Origin: the human T2T-CHM13v2.0 reference genome, Homo sapiens
Length of the DNA stretch: 64,000 nucleotides
NCBI RefSeq assembly: GCF_009914755.1
Contig: NC_060928.1
Strand: one strand, 5' to 3'
Shown here piece after piece: positions 41,626 to 55,020 of the stretch. Under the pieces are notes generated by a model. The model made no database searches. It worked only from the letters and a program-made list of their open reading frames with translations, and was not told where the DNA came from. Made by a program: the position numbers and the translations under genes. Numbering within the stretch: the first letter of the stretch is position 1; each line of letters opens with the position of its first letter.

Positions 41626-41867
41626 AAAAAAACAAATTGAAATTACATGCCATCTCCTACTTCACACCTCGGGCTCCAGCAGCTCTATCGTCACCTATGT
41701 AATCTTCATTTGCACGATACACCCTGTCCATATGAATTGACAGCTGACTGCCACTCTAGGACCCTTTTCTGCCTCCTTACAAACTGGATGAGGGCTTAGG
41801 TCGCTGACAATATTCCAAATATACCCTTTTATTTTTTAAGCATGGTACCTGGCATGCTGTAAGCTTT

Positions 41868-42182
41868 ATTTCTTTTCTTTTTTTCTTTTTTCTTTTTTTT
41901 TTTTGAGACGGAGTCTAGCTCTGTGGCCTATGCTGGAATGCAGTGGCCCAATCTCAGCACACTGCAAGCTCTGCCTCCCGGGTTCACGCCATTCTCCTGC
42001 CTCATCCTGAGTAGCTGGGACTACAGGTGCCCGCCACCACGCCCTGCTAATTTTTTGTATTTTTAGTAGAGATAGGGTTTCACCGTGTTAGCCTGGATGG
42101 TCTCGATCTCCTGACCTCGTGATCTGCCCGCCTCGGCCTCCCAAAGTGCTGGGATTACAGGCGTGAGACACCTCACCCAGCC
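41868..42182 (-). mobile_element. AluY
   Basis: gcaagctctgcctcccgggttcacgcc, ggatggtctcgatctcctgacctcgtg; aagcttt on both flanks. Confidence 0.93.
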
Positions 42183-42189
42183 AAGCTTT

Positions 42190-42365
42190 CTTTTATTTTT
42201 ATTTTTATTTTTTTCGGATGGAGTCTCACTCACACGGTTGCCTAGGCTGGAGTGCAGTGGTTCAATCTCAGCTCACTGCAACCTCCGCCTTCTGGGTTCA
42301 AGCAATTCTCCTGCCTCAGCCTCCAGTAGCTGGGATTAAAGGTGTGAGCTACCATACCCGGTTAA
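42190..42365 (-). mobile_element. 5'-truncated Alu (right arm)
   Basis: ggatggagtctcactc...gcaacctccgccttctgggttcaagcaattctcctgcctcagcc. Confidence 0.85.
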
Positions 42366-42645
42366 CATGCAGTAGGCTTTCAGCAAACACTGAGGGAATA
42401 AGCTCATGAGAAGCAGCTATTTTTACAAATGTAAAATATTAAAATTGGAAGGAATCTTAAAGTTTAGTCTAAATTCTTAAGAAAAGTGCTATTTTGACAT
42501 GGTAGACAAAATGGTGCCTTCCAGAGGCCTAATTTCCATTTTAAATTAAATAGCAGCCCCCTTTTTTCTTTTCCTTTTGCCAATTGATTCTACCATTTTA
42601 TGAACTCATAGAAGGGTTAGATCTGAATCACACAATTCATTATGT

Positions 42646-43678
42646 CAAGTGTTTTCCAAACTTCAAGAAATCTTATCACATCTTCATAGTGCTTGCTCTA
42701 CCCATGGACTAGCTGTTCAAATGTTCAAATAAGTTCATCTTCATCCAAAGCAATACTGTCAATAAAATATAAATTATTTTATCTTATTTTAAGTTCCAGG
42801 ATACATGTGCAGGATATGCAGGTTTGTTACATAGGTAAATGTGTGCCTTAGTGGCTTGCTGCACCTATCAACCCATCACCTGGGTATTAAGTCCCACATG
42901 CATTAGCTATTTATCCTGATGCTCTCCCTTCTCCCAACCCCCTGACAGGCTCTAGTGTGTGTTGTTCTCCTCAATGTGTCCATGTGTTCTCATCAATCAG
43001 CTCTCACTTATAAGTGAGAACATGCAGTGTTTGGTTTTCTGTTCCTCTGTTAGTTTGCTGCGGATAATGGCTTCCAATTCCATCCATGTCCCTGCAAATA
43101 ACATGATCTCATTCCTTTTTATGGCAGCATAGTATTCCATGGTGTGTCTGTACCACATTTTCTTTATCCAGTCTATCATCGATGGGCATTTGGCTTGATT
43201 CCATGTCTTTGCTATCGTCAATAGTGCTGCAAGGAACATATGTGTGCATGTATCTTTATAATAGAATGATTTATATTCCTTTGGGTATATACCCAGTAAT
43301 AGGATTGCTGGGCCAAATCGTATTTCCAGTTCTAGGTCTTTGAAGAATGGCCACACTGTCTTCTATGATGGTTGAACTAATTTATATGTCCACCAACAGT
43401 GTAAAAGTGTTCCTGTTTCTCCACAGTCTCATCAACATCTGTTGCTTCTTGACTTTTTAATAATCGCCACTCTGACTGGCATGAGATGGTATCTCATTGT
43501 GGTTTTGATTTGCATTTCTCCAATGATCAGTGCAAATCACAGTTTTGATGTGGTGTTTATATATTTTTAGTACATTAAAATAAATAATTAACTAGTACAA
43601 TAAAAACTCACGGATGTACCACCTAATGTCATTTTCTTGTACTACATGGTATGTAAATCATGCTTTGAAAAATCAATT
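42646..43678. mobile_element. MER113A-like hAT element split by an L1PA
   Basis: gtgttttccaaacttca start; aaatcacagttttgatgtg...gtaccacctaa...ctttgaaaaat end. Confidence 0.55.
42775..43533 (-). mobile_element. L1PA (PA8-PA13 age) 5'-truncated 3' end
   Basis: gatacatgtgcagga...ggtttgttacataggt; ORF 42997-43356 resembles the ORF2p C-terminus (YPKEYKSFYYKDTCT...WMELEAII). Confidence 0.92.
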
Positions 43679-43989
43679 TGAATGCATGATTGACTACTTT
43701 CTTGAATTATCCTCCAGGGTCCTGCATAGACAACTCTGATTCCTCAACAAGCTTTCACACTCTCTAAAAGCAACTCTCTAAACTCTCTCTTTTCTTTGTT
43801 GTCATCGTTTTATGTTTCTTAGCTCCTTGACGTTTGTCAAGCTCTCACCGTATTCAACAAGTATCTGTTGAATAGATATACTTGCTGCTTCTGAGATGGT
43901 ATATATTATCTTCCCTTATAAAGTGAAAGCTATTTCATAAGGTTATAAAATTGGAAGGTGAGATGTCCATGAGATTGCACCTTGCAAAC

Positions 43990-44390
43990 ATTCAAGTACA
44001 AGGAGGCAATTGAATCTGGGTCGTGGCTCCTGTACTCCTGAATGTTTGCACTAAGGCCACACCTCCCACAGACTCTTTCAACCAATGACTGAACCTGTAG
44101 AGGATGCGATGGAAGGCTTCTCTCTAGGCAACATGGAACTCCTCTCATAGCCAACTTTGGTTTCAGAACTCCCTGAAAGATTGCTGAACCTATTGACACT
44201 GCACGGTGGTCTAGATCACTTCCACCAACTTCCCTTCCCCCTCTCCTTCACTTAGGGTCAGACTTGCATCATAATTTGATTGATTGTTCTCCCACTCTTT
44301 CTCTCCTCATTTTTTTGGAGGGATTTTTTCTTAATAAAGTCCCTGTATATATAGCGCTGACATGCTTCTTGGGATACTTGGACTAACATA
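43990..44390 (+). mobile_element. LTR16A-like ERVL LTR
   Basis: ctctccttcacttagggtcagacttgcatca...taataaa...ggactaacata. Confidence 0.7.
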
Positions 44391-44513
44391 GAAAGTATTA
44401 GTGAGAACTACATAAATGTTAGAGATATTTCAAGCTGAATTTGTCTATGAGAGTTTGGATAGGGTTAATTCTGAATTCAGACAGTGTTGAGTTAAATTTC
44501 TGAATTACTTAGT

Positions 44514-45171
44514 TGTATTAGTTTACTAGGGTTGCCATAACAAAATACCACACATCGGGTGGCTTAAACCACAGAAGTGTATTTTCTCACTCTTCTAGCA
44601 GCTAAAAATCTGAGTTTAATAAGTGTCCCCAGGGTTGATTTATTCTGAGGGCTTCCTCCTTGGCTTACAGATTATGATCTTCACCCTGTGTCTACACATT
44701 GTCTTCCCTCTGTGTGTATCTCTGTCCATATTTTCTATTCTTTTTTGTTGTTGTTGTTGTTGAGACGGAGTCTTGCTCTGTTGCCCATGCTGGAGTGCAG
44801 TGGCATGATCTTGGCTCAATGCAACCTCCACCTCCCTGGTTCAAGCAATTCCCCTGTCTCAACTTCCTGAGTAGCTGGGATTACAGGCGCATGCCACCAC
44901 GTCCGGCTAATTTTTTTGTATTTTTAGTAAAGACGGGGTTTCACCACGTTGGCTAGACTAGTCTTGAACTCCTAACCTCAGGTAATCTGCCTGACTCTGC
45001 CTCGCAAAGTGCTGGGATTACAGGCGTGAGCCACCGCGCCCAGCCAATAACCTCATATTAACGGAACTACCTCTTTAAAGACCCCATCTTCAAATACAGA
45101 CACATTCTGAGTTACTGGGAGTGAGGACTTCAACATTTGACTTTTAGAGGAACACAATTTAGCCCATAGCA
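44514..45171 (-). mobile_element. MLT1B-like LTR, inserted in a MIR and interrupted by an Alu
   Basis: tgtattagtttactagggttgccataacaaaatacc ... acacaatttagcccatagca. Confidence 0.85.
44741..45045 (-). mobile_element. AluS with (TTG)n tail
   Basis: Full dimer; no TSD visible. Confidence 0.95.
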
Positions 45172-46532
45172 CCACCTGAATAACTTTGAGCCAGTCACTT
45201 GACTTTACAGAGCCTTAGTCTGTAAAATAGGGGACAATATCTACCATATTATTTTGTTCAAATCAAATACAGTGACATATATAATGCCACTGGAACATAT
45301 AAGGCAATCGTCATTAAAAAAAATCCTCCCAATTTACTAAAATCATTGCCATTACTTTATTAGAATTAATTTATATAGGGGTTCTATTATTCGCAGTATG
45401 TCTCACAGCTATATAAAGTAGCATTATATGATAAGGTTGAAAAGGAAGAGGAAAGAAGTATACAGTGTCTGATTGCATAGCTTCATGTTTATGATATGAC
45501 AGTTCTATGATTCTGAGCCTGGCATATTTATTTAAGCTATACACCAGAGTTCAGAAATTGATAGTTAAGAGGCACATTTGGCCTGAAAATGTCTGTGATT
45601 TTCCAGAGAGTATTTTAAAAATCAGAATAGAAATGCCTTTAAATAAAGCATGTTTCTGCTGTTTTCCACAGTTTTTCATATCCCTAACACATGGTCACAT
45701 TATACAGGTATAATACTTATCTAGCCCTTAAAAGCTTTTAAATGGACAATCTTTGAAGCACAGACCACAGGTTCAGAATGTACTGCTTCTATGTCCTTGA
45801 CTATTCTCAAAAGAACATATTTTCTACCATATTATCTAAATTATCTGAGAAAGACACAGGTGCTGCTACATTGTTATCCTCTAGGGATGCTCACGTTTCT
45901 TCAATATCCACAAATTCCTCCTACAATCATCTAAGGCTGCTCCCCATTCCACCAGTAAATATTAATCAACAAAGTAACAAATAGTGCGATGTGCCAAGCA
46001 TCTTTAGCGATATGCACCCTCAACTTCAAACAGAAACTATTTGGGATGATACTCCCTCTTCTGCCTGTAGATAGGTAAACACCCTCTGCACCCTAGATTT
46101 ACCAAACTTCATGACGTACCCACCCTAAAAGGACACGATCTTCAGGGTACACAGAGTTTTTCTCTAGATGCTTGACGATATCGCCATTCTTCGGCTATAT
46201 GAGCTTGCTTTTTAAAAACAATTACTTCAGGAATCTGGTATCCAGAAGAAAATAGGGTAGTTTTCAAACTTTCATTGCATTATTTTTCATGATCAAGATT
46301 ATAAGGTAAATTGGAACTATTATCATGATTCACTCTTCCAGATGGTTATGCAAAGATTGAGTGAATGAATAGAGACAATTTTAAAGAAATGAATAAAATA
46401 ACTTGTATGGTTAAGTAGCAAAGCCAAGGAGAAGTTGGGAGGAAGAGTTCCCAAATTGCCTTCCTGAGACTAGACAATTTGAGTAGGTCAAGAATGAGAA
46501 TCTCTACAGAAACTTGCTAAGACTTTTAAATG

Positions 46533-47763
46533 CAGTCATGCTTTGCTTAAGGATGAGGATGCATTCTGAGAAATGTGTCCTTAGGGGATTCTGTTGTTGT
46601 GTGAAGATCACGGAGTGTACTTCCGCAAACCTAGAAGGCATAACCGACTACACACCTACACGATGTGATATGGCTTATTGCTCCTAGGCTGCAAACCTGT
46701 ACAGCATGTTACTGTATTGAATACTATAGGCAACTGTGACACAATTTTAAGTATTTGTGTATTTTAACATACCTGAACATAGAAGAAGTACAGTACAAAT
46801 ACTATCTAAAAGTCCAAAAATAATACACCTGTATAGCACATTTACTGTGAATGGAGCTTGTAGGACTGGAAGTTGCTTTGAGTGAGTCATTAAGTGAGTG
46901 GTCAGTGAATATTACTTTATAAACATTGAAGACTTTATAATAAACATTGTACACAGAGGTTACCCTAAATTTAACTTAAAATTTCTTTGTTCAATAATAA
47001 ATTAGCTTACTTGCAACTTTGTTACTTTTTAATTTTTTAAAAGCATTTTGACTCTTGTAATAACACTTAGCTTAAAACATAAACACATTGTATAGTTGTA
47101 CAAAAATGTTTTCTTTCTTTATATTCTTATTCTATAAAATTTTTTCTATTAATTATTTTACTTTAAAAAGAAATTTTTGTTAAAGGCTAAGACACAAACA
47201 CAACATTAGCCTAGACCTATACATGGCCAGGATCATCAATATCACTGTCTTCCACCTCCACATCTTGTCCTGCTGGAAGGTCTTTAGGGGCAATAACACC
47301 TGTGGAGCTGTCGTATTCTATGATGACAATGCCTTCTTCTGGAAGACCTCCTGAAGGGCCTCCCTGAGGCTATTTTACAGTTACCTCCCTTTTGAAAAAA
47401 TAAGTAGAAGGTGTATGCTCTAAAATAATAATGAAAAGTATAGTATCGTATAGTATAGTATAGTATAGTATAGTATAGTATAGTATAGTATAGTATAGTA
47501 TAGTACATAAACCAGTAATAAAGTCATGTATTATCATTAGCAAATATTATGTATTGTGCATAATGGTGTGTGCTATGCTTTGATCAGACTGGCAGCACAG
47601 TAGGTTTTTTTACACCAACATCACCAAAAACACTGAGTTATGATGTTATGGCGGCTACAATTTCATATGTGATAGTAATATTTCAGCTCCATTAAAACCT
47701 TGAGACCACCATTGTATTTTCAGTTCATTGTTGACCCAAGCATTGTTATGCAGCAAGTAAGTG
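46533..47763. mobile_element. Tigger3b-like TcMar DNA transposon (~1.2 kb)
   Basis: cagtcatg TIR start, ctaggctgcaaacctgtacagcatgttactgta, degenerate TIR at the end. Confidence 0.85.
47438..47505 (+). repeat. (TATAG)n microsatellite inside Tigger3
   Basis: About 13 units. Confidence 0.95.
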
Positions 47764-48307
47764 TGTATTTAAGCTGCTTAAATTAATTTCAATTGCTGTT
47801 CCAATTTTCTTAGTCATTCCACATTTTGTTATGACACTCCTGACCATAGAAGAATGCAGCAAAACCTCACAATTCATAAAATCACATCAGCTGTGCACAC
47901 AGATGATGTACATTTATTCTGTGTAAGCATCTTAAAAACAAACTCAAACCCATTCTTTTTTCCATTGCATAACCTTTAAGCACAATCCAAACATTTCATT
48001 TGATGCTATTAAAAAGATCTGCCGATGCAAAACCATATTATAGCCAGGGGTGGCGGGTTAATACTTCAAGTATTTTCAAGATAACTTTTACTGTTTTGGC
48101 TATATACAAGGTGGTGCCTTTGCACTGATTTTGTCACCCCTTAGCATGAGATGAAAATCCACAGGAATTTAAATCTAGAATTAGAACATATGAGCAAGAA
48201 AATTTGATTTCTTTCTGATGCATGCCAGAAATAGTATATTAACAATAATACAATAAAGGAAATTCAAAAAGTATTCATCTAATCCTTACTAAAGTTATTA
48301 TCAATGA

Positions 48308-48689
<382 letters not shown>

Positions 48690-48774
48690 AGTTTTTATCC
48701 CATAATTACCCCATAAAATTTGAATAAGAAAATGAATGCCTCAGGAAAGGCAATATAAAACAATGAAGACATTA

Positions 48775-49675
48775 ACTAGTAGTCATTATAAATATAGTTA
48801 AAGACCTAAATGAAATCATGCTTATAGAAATAGAGAAAGCCATGACAACAACGTTTCAGCAAAGAGAGAATATCAATAAAGATATAGACATTATTTTAAA
48901 AAGAACCATCTGGAAATGCTTGAATTGAAAAATATAATAACCAAAATAAAAAATTCACTAGCAGAAAGTGAAAAGACAACCCACAAAATGGGGAAAAATT
49001 TTTGTAAATCATTTATCTGACATAGGACTTTTATCCAAAATATATAAAGAATTTCTACAGCTTAATAATCAAAAGAAAGATCACTCAATTGAAAAATTAA
49101 GAAAGGATCTGAATATAAATTTCTTCCAAAAGTATGCAAATGACCAATATGCACCTAAAAAGATGCTCAACATATTTAAACCATTAGGAAAATGAAAATC
49201 AAACTCACAATGAGGGCCAAGCACAGTGGCTCATACCTGTGATCCTAGTGCTTTGGGAGGCCCAGGCAGGAGGATTACTTGAGGCCAGGAATTTGAGACC
49301 CTATCTCTACAAAAAAATTAAAAAGTTAACCAGGCATGGTGGTGCACGCCTGTAGGTCTAGCTACTCAGGAGGTTAAGGTAGGAGGATCACTTGAACCCA
49401 GGAGTTTGAGGTTGCAGTGAGTTATGATCCTGCCACTGCACTCCAGCCTGGGCAACCGAGTGAGACTCTGTCTGAAAAAAAACGAAAAAAGAAAAATCAC
49501 AATGAGTTAGCACTTCACACTCAGTAGGATGACCATAATGAGAAGCACAGAAGAACAAGTACTGGGAAGCATGCAAAGAAATTGGAACCCTCATACACTG
49601 TGGGTGAGAAGGGAAACGGCTTTGGAAAACCTTCTGGTAATTCCCAGTTAAACAAAGAGTTACCCATTATCTAGA
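48775..49675 (+). mobile_element. Old L1M: ORF1-like piece joined to ORF2 3' piece, interrupted by an AluJ
   Basis: agagaatatcaataaaga...aaaaattcactag then gtgaaaagacaacccacaaaatgggg...aattggaaccctcatacactg. Confidence 0.75.
49215..49495 (+). mobile_element. AluJ with a left-arm deletion
   Basis: ggaggattacttgaggccagga; TSD tcacaatgag. Confidence 0.9.
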
Positions 49676-51062
49676 AAGTAAGTGATTTTATATCATAGTT
49701 TCTGCTGCACAATTTTAATTCATTTATTTTACTGACAAAATTTAACAAATTTATTTTAGTGATAAAATTAGACAACTTAAAATAATTTGAAACCAAGTAA
49801 AGTAATGCTTTTTCCCTTGCGACGTCATTAGCTAGTACAATGAATTTTTGAGTATCAATCAGTAGTAGCCACCACTCTTGTCAACCAGAGTCCTCTCTTT
49901 AGCCAATTCTCTAGTTCAAGGCAATTAATGTTTTTGAGGTTGACATGGGAGTCAGGCATGACTCTGTGGTTCCTTCCAAACCATCAGTGAAATGTTTAAT
50001 TATATTTAGTACCATGTTTTATGAAGTCATTTTATTCTTGGAATTTTGGCAAACCTTGAATCGTACTTATAGTCATTCCCCAACAACTAAAATATCTGAT
50101 TTAGTCTTCCAGATATTAGAGTTTACATAAATATTTTTAAAGCTTACATTTTCATATGTATATATTTCCAATGAAACCCCTATATGTTTGAACCGTTTCT
50201 AAAATTGTCATTAAACACCCAGCAATAAGTCTATTATTCTCTGTACTAATTTGCTATACTTAGGCTGTGTAGAAAGTTTTCTTTAATGGTCTCTTCAAAA
50301 TTTCAACTCCGCCCGCTGACATTTAGTGAATGTCAAGATGCTTAATACAGGGCTGTGCTTTCTGCTTTTTTCAATAGATCCTATTGTTATTGACTTATCC
50401 TGATGAGAAAATAATTCTATCTCAAATCTTAGAAAATGTATCTTTGGATCAAGTAAGTATGTTAGTTTCTTAAAGTGTCCAACCCTTCATCAAATTTTTT
50501 TCATTGATTAATTTTACAAATTTTAAGAGGAAAGGGAGAAGTGATCATCTTATTTTATGTAATATGTTTATTTGTTTAAATATGTAGAGCTTATTGAACT
50601 ACATTAAAATAGAATGAGGCTGTGAGACCACATAGAACCTGAGAGGAGATTTACCAGTAGGTCAAAGAAGCTTTTACTTTAAGAATATCAATAATTTCCC
50701 AAGGCAAGAAAAATGTAAGATTTTACATGCTAAAGTCATATAGTCAGCATCATTTAAACTGCCAACTGTCACAATTTATGATTTGTCATTTAGGGTTTGT
50801 CTGACCCCCATACAGGTGAGGTAGGGGAGGAAGAAGAGAGAAGGTAGGTCCAGCTCAGATGCCTGCTCAGGTGGTCAGAACTCAGGAGATGAACCATACT
50901 GAGTAGCTGGAAGAGTTAAGAAACCTGTGTAAGGATGGGCCAATTGTCAAAGCAGTTGGAGCCAAATTCTATTCTTAGTCCAAGTGTTTAGCAAGTGACT
51001 TAGAGAGACAAAACTGCTGCCAGAAGTCAAGTGAACACCATTATGGTGCATGTAGTGAAAAC

Positions 51063-51067
<5 letters not shown>

Positions 51068-51106
<39 letters not shown>
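51068..51106 (+). repeat. (GA)n microsatellite
   Basis: About 19 GA units. Confidence 0.95.
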
Positions 51107-51108
<2 letters not shown>

Positions 51109-51134
51109 TGCAAAAAGGTCACTCATTGATACTG

Positions 51135-51446
51135 TTTTTTTTTTTTTTTTTTTTTTTTTTTTTGAGACGGAGTCTCACTCTGTTGCCCAGGCTGGAGTGC
51201 AGTGGTGCGATTTCGCCTCACTGCCAGCTCTGCCTCCCGGGTTCACGCCATTCTCCTGCCTCAGCCTCCTGAGTAGCTGGGACTACAGGCACCCACCACC
51301 ACGCCCGGCTAATTTTTTTGTATTTTTAGAAGAGATGGGGTTTCACCGTGTTAGCCAGGATGGTCTCGATCTCCTGACCAGGCTATCTGCCTGCCTTGGC
51401 CTCCCTAAAGTGCTGGGATTACAGGCGTGAGCCACTGCACCCGGCC
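51135..51446 (-). mobile_element. AluY
   Basis: Long pure T tail, gggttcacgccattctcc; TSD tgatactg(g)ttttt. Confidence 0.93.
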
Positions 51447-51704
51447 TGATACTGGTTTTTAAAATTTATTTTAATGATTTAATAACTATTTACTGAATTC
51501 TTTCAGTATGCCAGGCCTAGATTAGGCTTCAGTGATATAAACGTAAACAAAACTGGCACAGTCTTTGACATCATGGAACACCGATTCTAAGAGAAAGAGA
51601 GAAATATTAGTCTAATGGCCCTGAAAATAAAAACAAGTTACAATCATGAAGAGTGTAATAAAGGACAAAGTTGCTGTGATAACCCATAATGAGGCAACTT
51701 GACT

Positions 51705-52371
<667 letters not shown>

Positions 52372-52788
52372 TTAGGTGAAAACTGGGTAAAGGCAGACTA
52401 AGAATATGAAACAGCATCTGAGGTGGAGGTGACAATGGCCAGTCATAGTCACGTGAGTGTGTCTGGAACATGGAACACAACCAGTCTTGCATGAGGCAGG
52501 AGACCTAGGCAAGAGTTGGATGATGCAAACCTATGGGTCATTTGGGGGTTTTGTCTCTATTATAAAAGCATTTCTGAAGGTTTTCAGTCAGACGAGAACT
52601 TTATCAGGTTTCAATTTTCAAAAGATTATTCTGACTGTGTTGAGAAAAACATATTGGGGAATATCAACAGTGGGTGTGGATAGATCAGTTTCTTAAGAGC
52701 TTTTTGAACAGTTTGACATAGAGCTGATGATTAATTAGACTAAGATGTCGGTAATGGAGGTAGACTAAAAGAAATTGAAAGGTTTAAT

Positions 52789-52983
52789 CGGGGTCAACAA
52801 AGTATGGCCTGTGGGTTGGCTGTCATTGTAAATAAAGTTTTATTGGCACATGGCCACACGTATTTATTATGGATTGTCTATGGCTACAACAGCAGAGTAG
52901 AGTGGTTGGAACAGAAGCTGTGCGGCCCGTGAAGTCTTAAATACTTACTCTCTTGGGCTTTAAGAAAAACTTCGTCACCCCTG
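52789..52983. mobile_element. MER58A
   Basis: cggggtcaacaaa...acccctg ends; 8-bp TSD ggtt(t/a)aat. Confidence 0.85.
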
Positions 52984-53369
52984 GGTTAAATCAAGAGCAT
53001 TTGGCATTAGATTAGATACGGGGCTGAGGGAAAAAAAGGGAGGCAGGAGAGTCAGGGACGAAGGAGACGAGGCCACAGAAGCTCTTCTTTGACAGTGATA
53101 ATCTTATTTTAGGTGCATAATTTTGGGATTTATAATATACAGATATATAATGTATGTTATATATATTATAAATATATATATTATAGATACAAAATATGAA
53201 AAGATATGTAATCTTCTTGTCTTTGTCACCAAATCATCCCATTGCTGAATAAGACTTCTTCTATTGTTCTTTTGTTTTAATTGCAAAAGTCTAGTTTTCC
53301 CTTTGAAGAAAAGAAGTAGAGAAAACATTAATTCACAAGGGAAAGGACCGTTTGTCTAATTTTGTTAGA

Positions 53370-54100
53370 AGGTCTCAGGGCTCAGTTCTCTTCTCTTATT
53401 TATGTATATTCACTCTTCTTTGTTTTTTAAAAAAATCTTATCTAACCTCATGGCTCTAAATAATTTAACATGATGACAATTCACAGTTTATATTTCTAGT
53501 CTGAACCTCTAAAATTCCAGACAAATAATTAATTACCTTTTCAACATCGCCACTTCGATTTCTAATAGACATCTCACAATCACTGTGTCCTTAACTGAAT
53601 TCTTGACTTCCCCTTAAGCAGATCTACTCACAGTTTTCCCATTTCAGTTGATGAAAGTGCCATCCTTTCAGTCATTCAGGCCAATACCACTGGGACCCTC
53701 CATTAGGAACTATGTTGCCTCTACCTTCAGAACATATCCAGAACCTCACCATCTCTCCCCTCCCCCCCAATTGTCACTGTCCTGATCAGAGATGTCATCT
53801 TTCCTAGGCTGAATTTCTGTAATAGCTTCCTAGCACGTCTACTTGCTTCTATCCTTGGCCTACCCACTGTAGTCTATTTTCAAAGAAGTAGAGTGAACCT
53901 TTTAAAATAGAAGTCAGATCTTGTCACCTCTCTACTCAAAACTCTCCAACAGCCTCTGATTTTTACTTGCTCAGACAAAGTACTTAAAACTGCACACATG
54001 ACCTCACATAATCTGGCTTCCATATTCCTCTGGCTTCCAATATGTTTTATTCACTCCTCTAAATCATAGAGTCTCCTTGAATTAACATGTTCCTGATCCA
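53370..54100 (+). mobile_element. L2a LINE
   Basis: tctaatagacatctcac...cagatcttgtcacctctctactcaaaactctccaa. Confidence 0.75.
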
Positions 54101-54789
54101 ATGTACTGTAGTAAAGGAGTGAAAAGTAAACATGATTCCCAGAGGCAGTTAGTGAGATGGTTGCAGGTAACCATTGCCTCCCACACTCTCTTCCTTCCTT
54201 CCATCCTGGCATAGGTTATTTAGCAAAATACTTAGTACCTTCTAATATGTGTTACATGACTGCTAGATGCCAGTGATAGGAAAATCCATACAACATAGGA
54301 ACACACAATCTGGTGGGGAAAGATGATATGGAAACCAACCAATGCAAGACAATGCAAAAAGTGCAGGCATAGAATGATGGGCTGTAATTTTTAAAAACTC
54401 ACCATGTCTAAGTTGGGAAGGATAGAGATTCTATATGATGGATGCAAGATCATTCCAACCAATGTAGTTTGGAAGAAACCCAAAGCATTCTAAATTATCT
54501 AGTGAACTTCATGTTGCTCTACCTAAAGTATTTCCATAGTAACCAGGCCTGTGCTCTTGTGTGGAGCATGAGTGGCTAACCACTGAATTATATTCCTTTT
54601 GTCACAGTCTAAGAGCAATATAAATTCCTCTTTTTTTCAAAATGCTTCCCAACTTGAGACACAAACATTCTACCAAGAATAGATTTGACTTAATTATCTA
54701 TACGTTTAAAATGTAAATGCAGCCTTTCTAAGAGAAGCCTACATTTGTTAAATCAATCTATGAGATCACCTTCTTTCTAAGATGAGGGT

Positions 54790-55020
54790 AACTTCAATAT
54801 TGAAGTGAAGACAGTATAGAGACACTAAGAAATCTACCCAAGGACACACAGCTGATCAGGGGCTCTGACTTAATTTTTTTCCCAAACATTAGGTTTCCTG
54901 AGTGCAAAGTTGTTATATTCGTTCCTACCTCATAAGATTGCTCTGAGCAGTAGAAGTGATAATATCTGAAACATGTAGGACACTTTCTATGATGTACTAA
55001 CAGTGCAGTAATTGTTAGTT
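54790..55020. mobile_element. Back-to-back MIR fragments
   Basis: cccaaggacacacagctg (-) then cctacctcataagattg (+). Confidence 0.55.

Noticed and set aside
42997-43356. 119-aa ORF resembling a real protein (also 40328-40624 and 48968-49195)
   Set aside because: Decayed L1 ORF2p fragments in truncated elements.
47284-47508. ORF with YYTIL repeats
   Set aside because: Translation of the (TATAG)n microsatellite.
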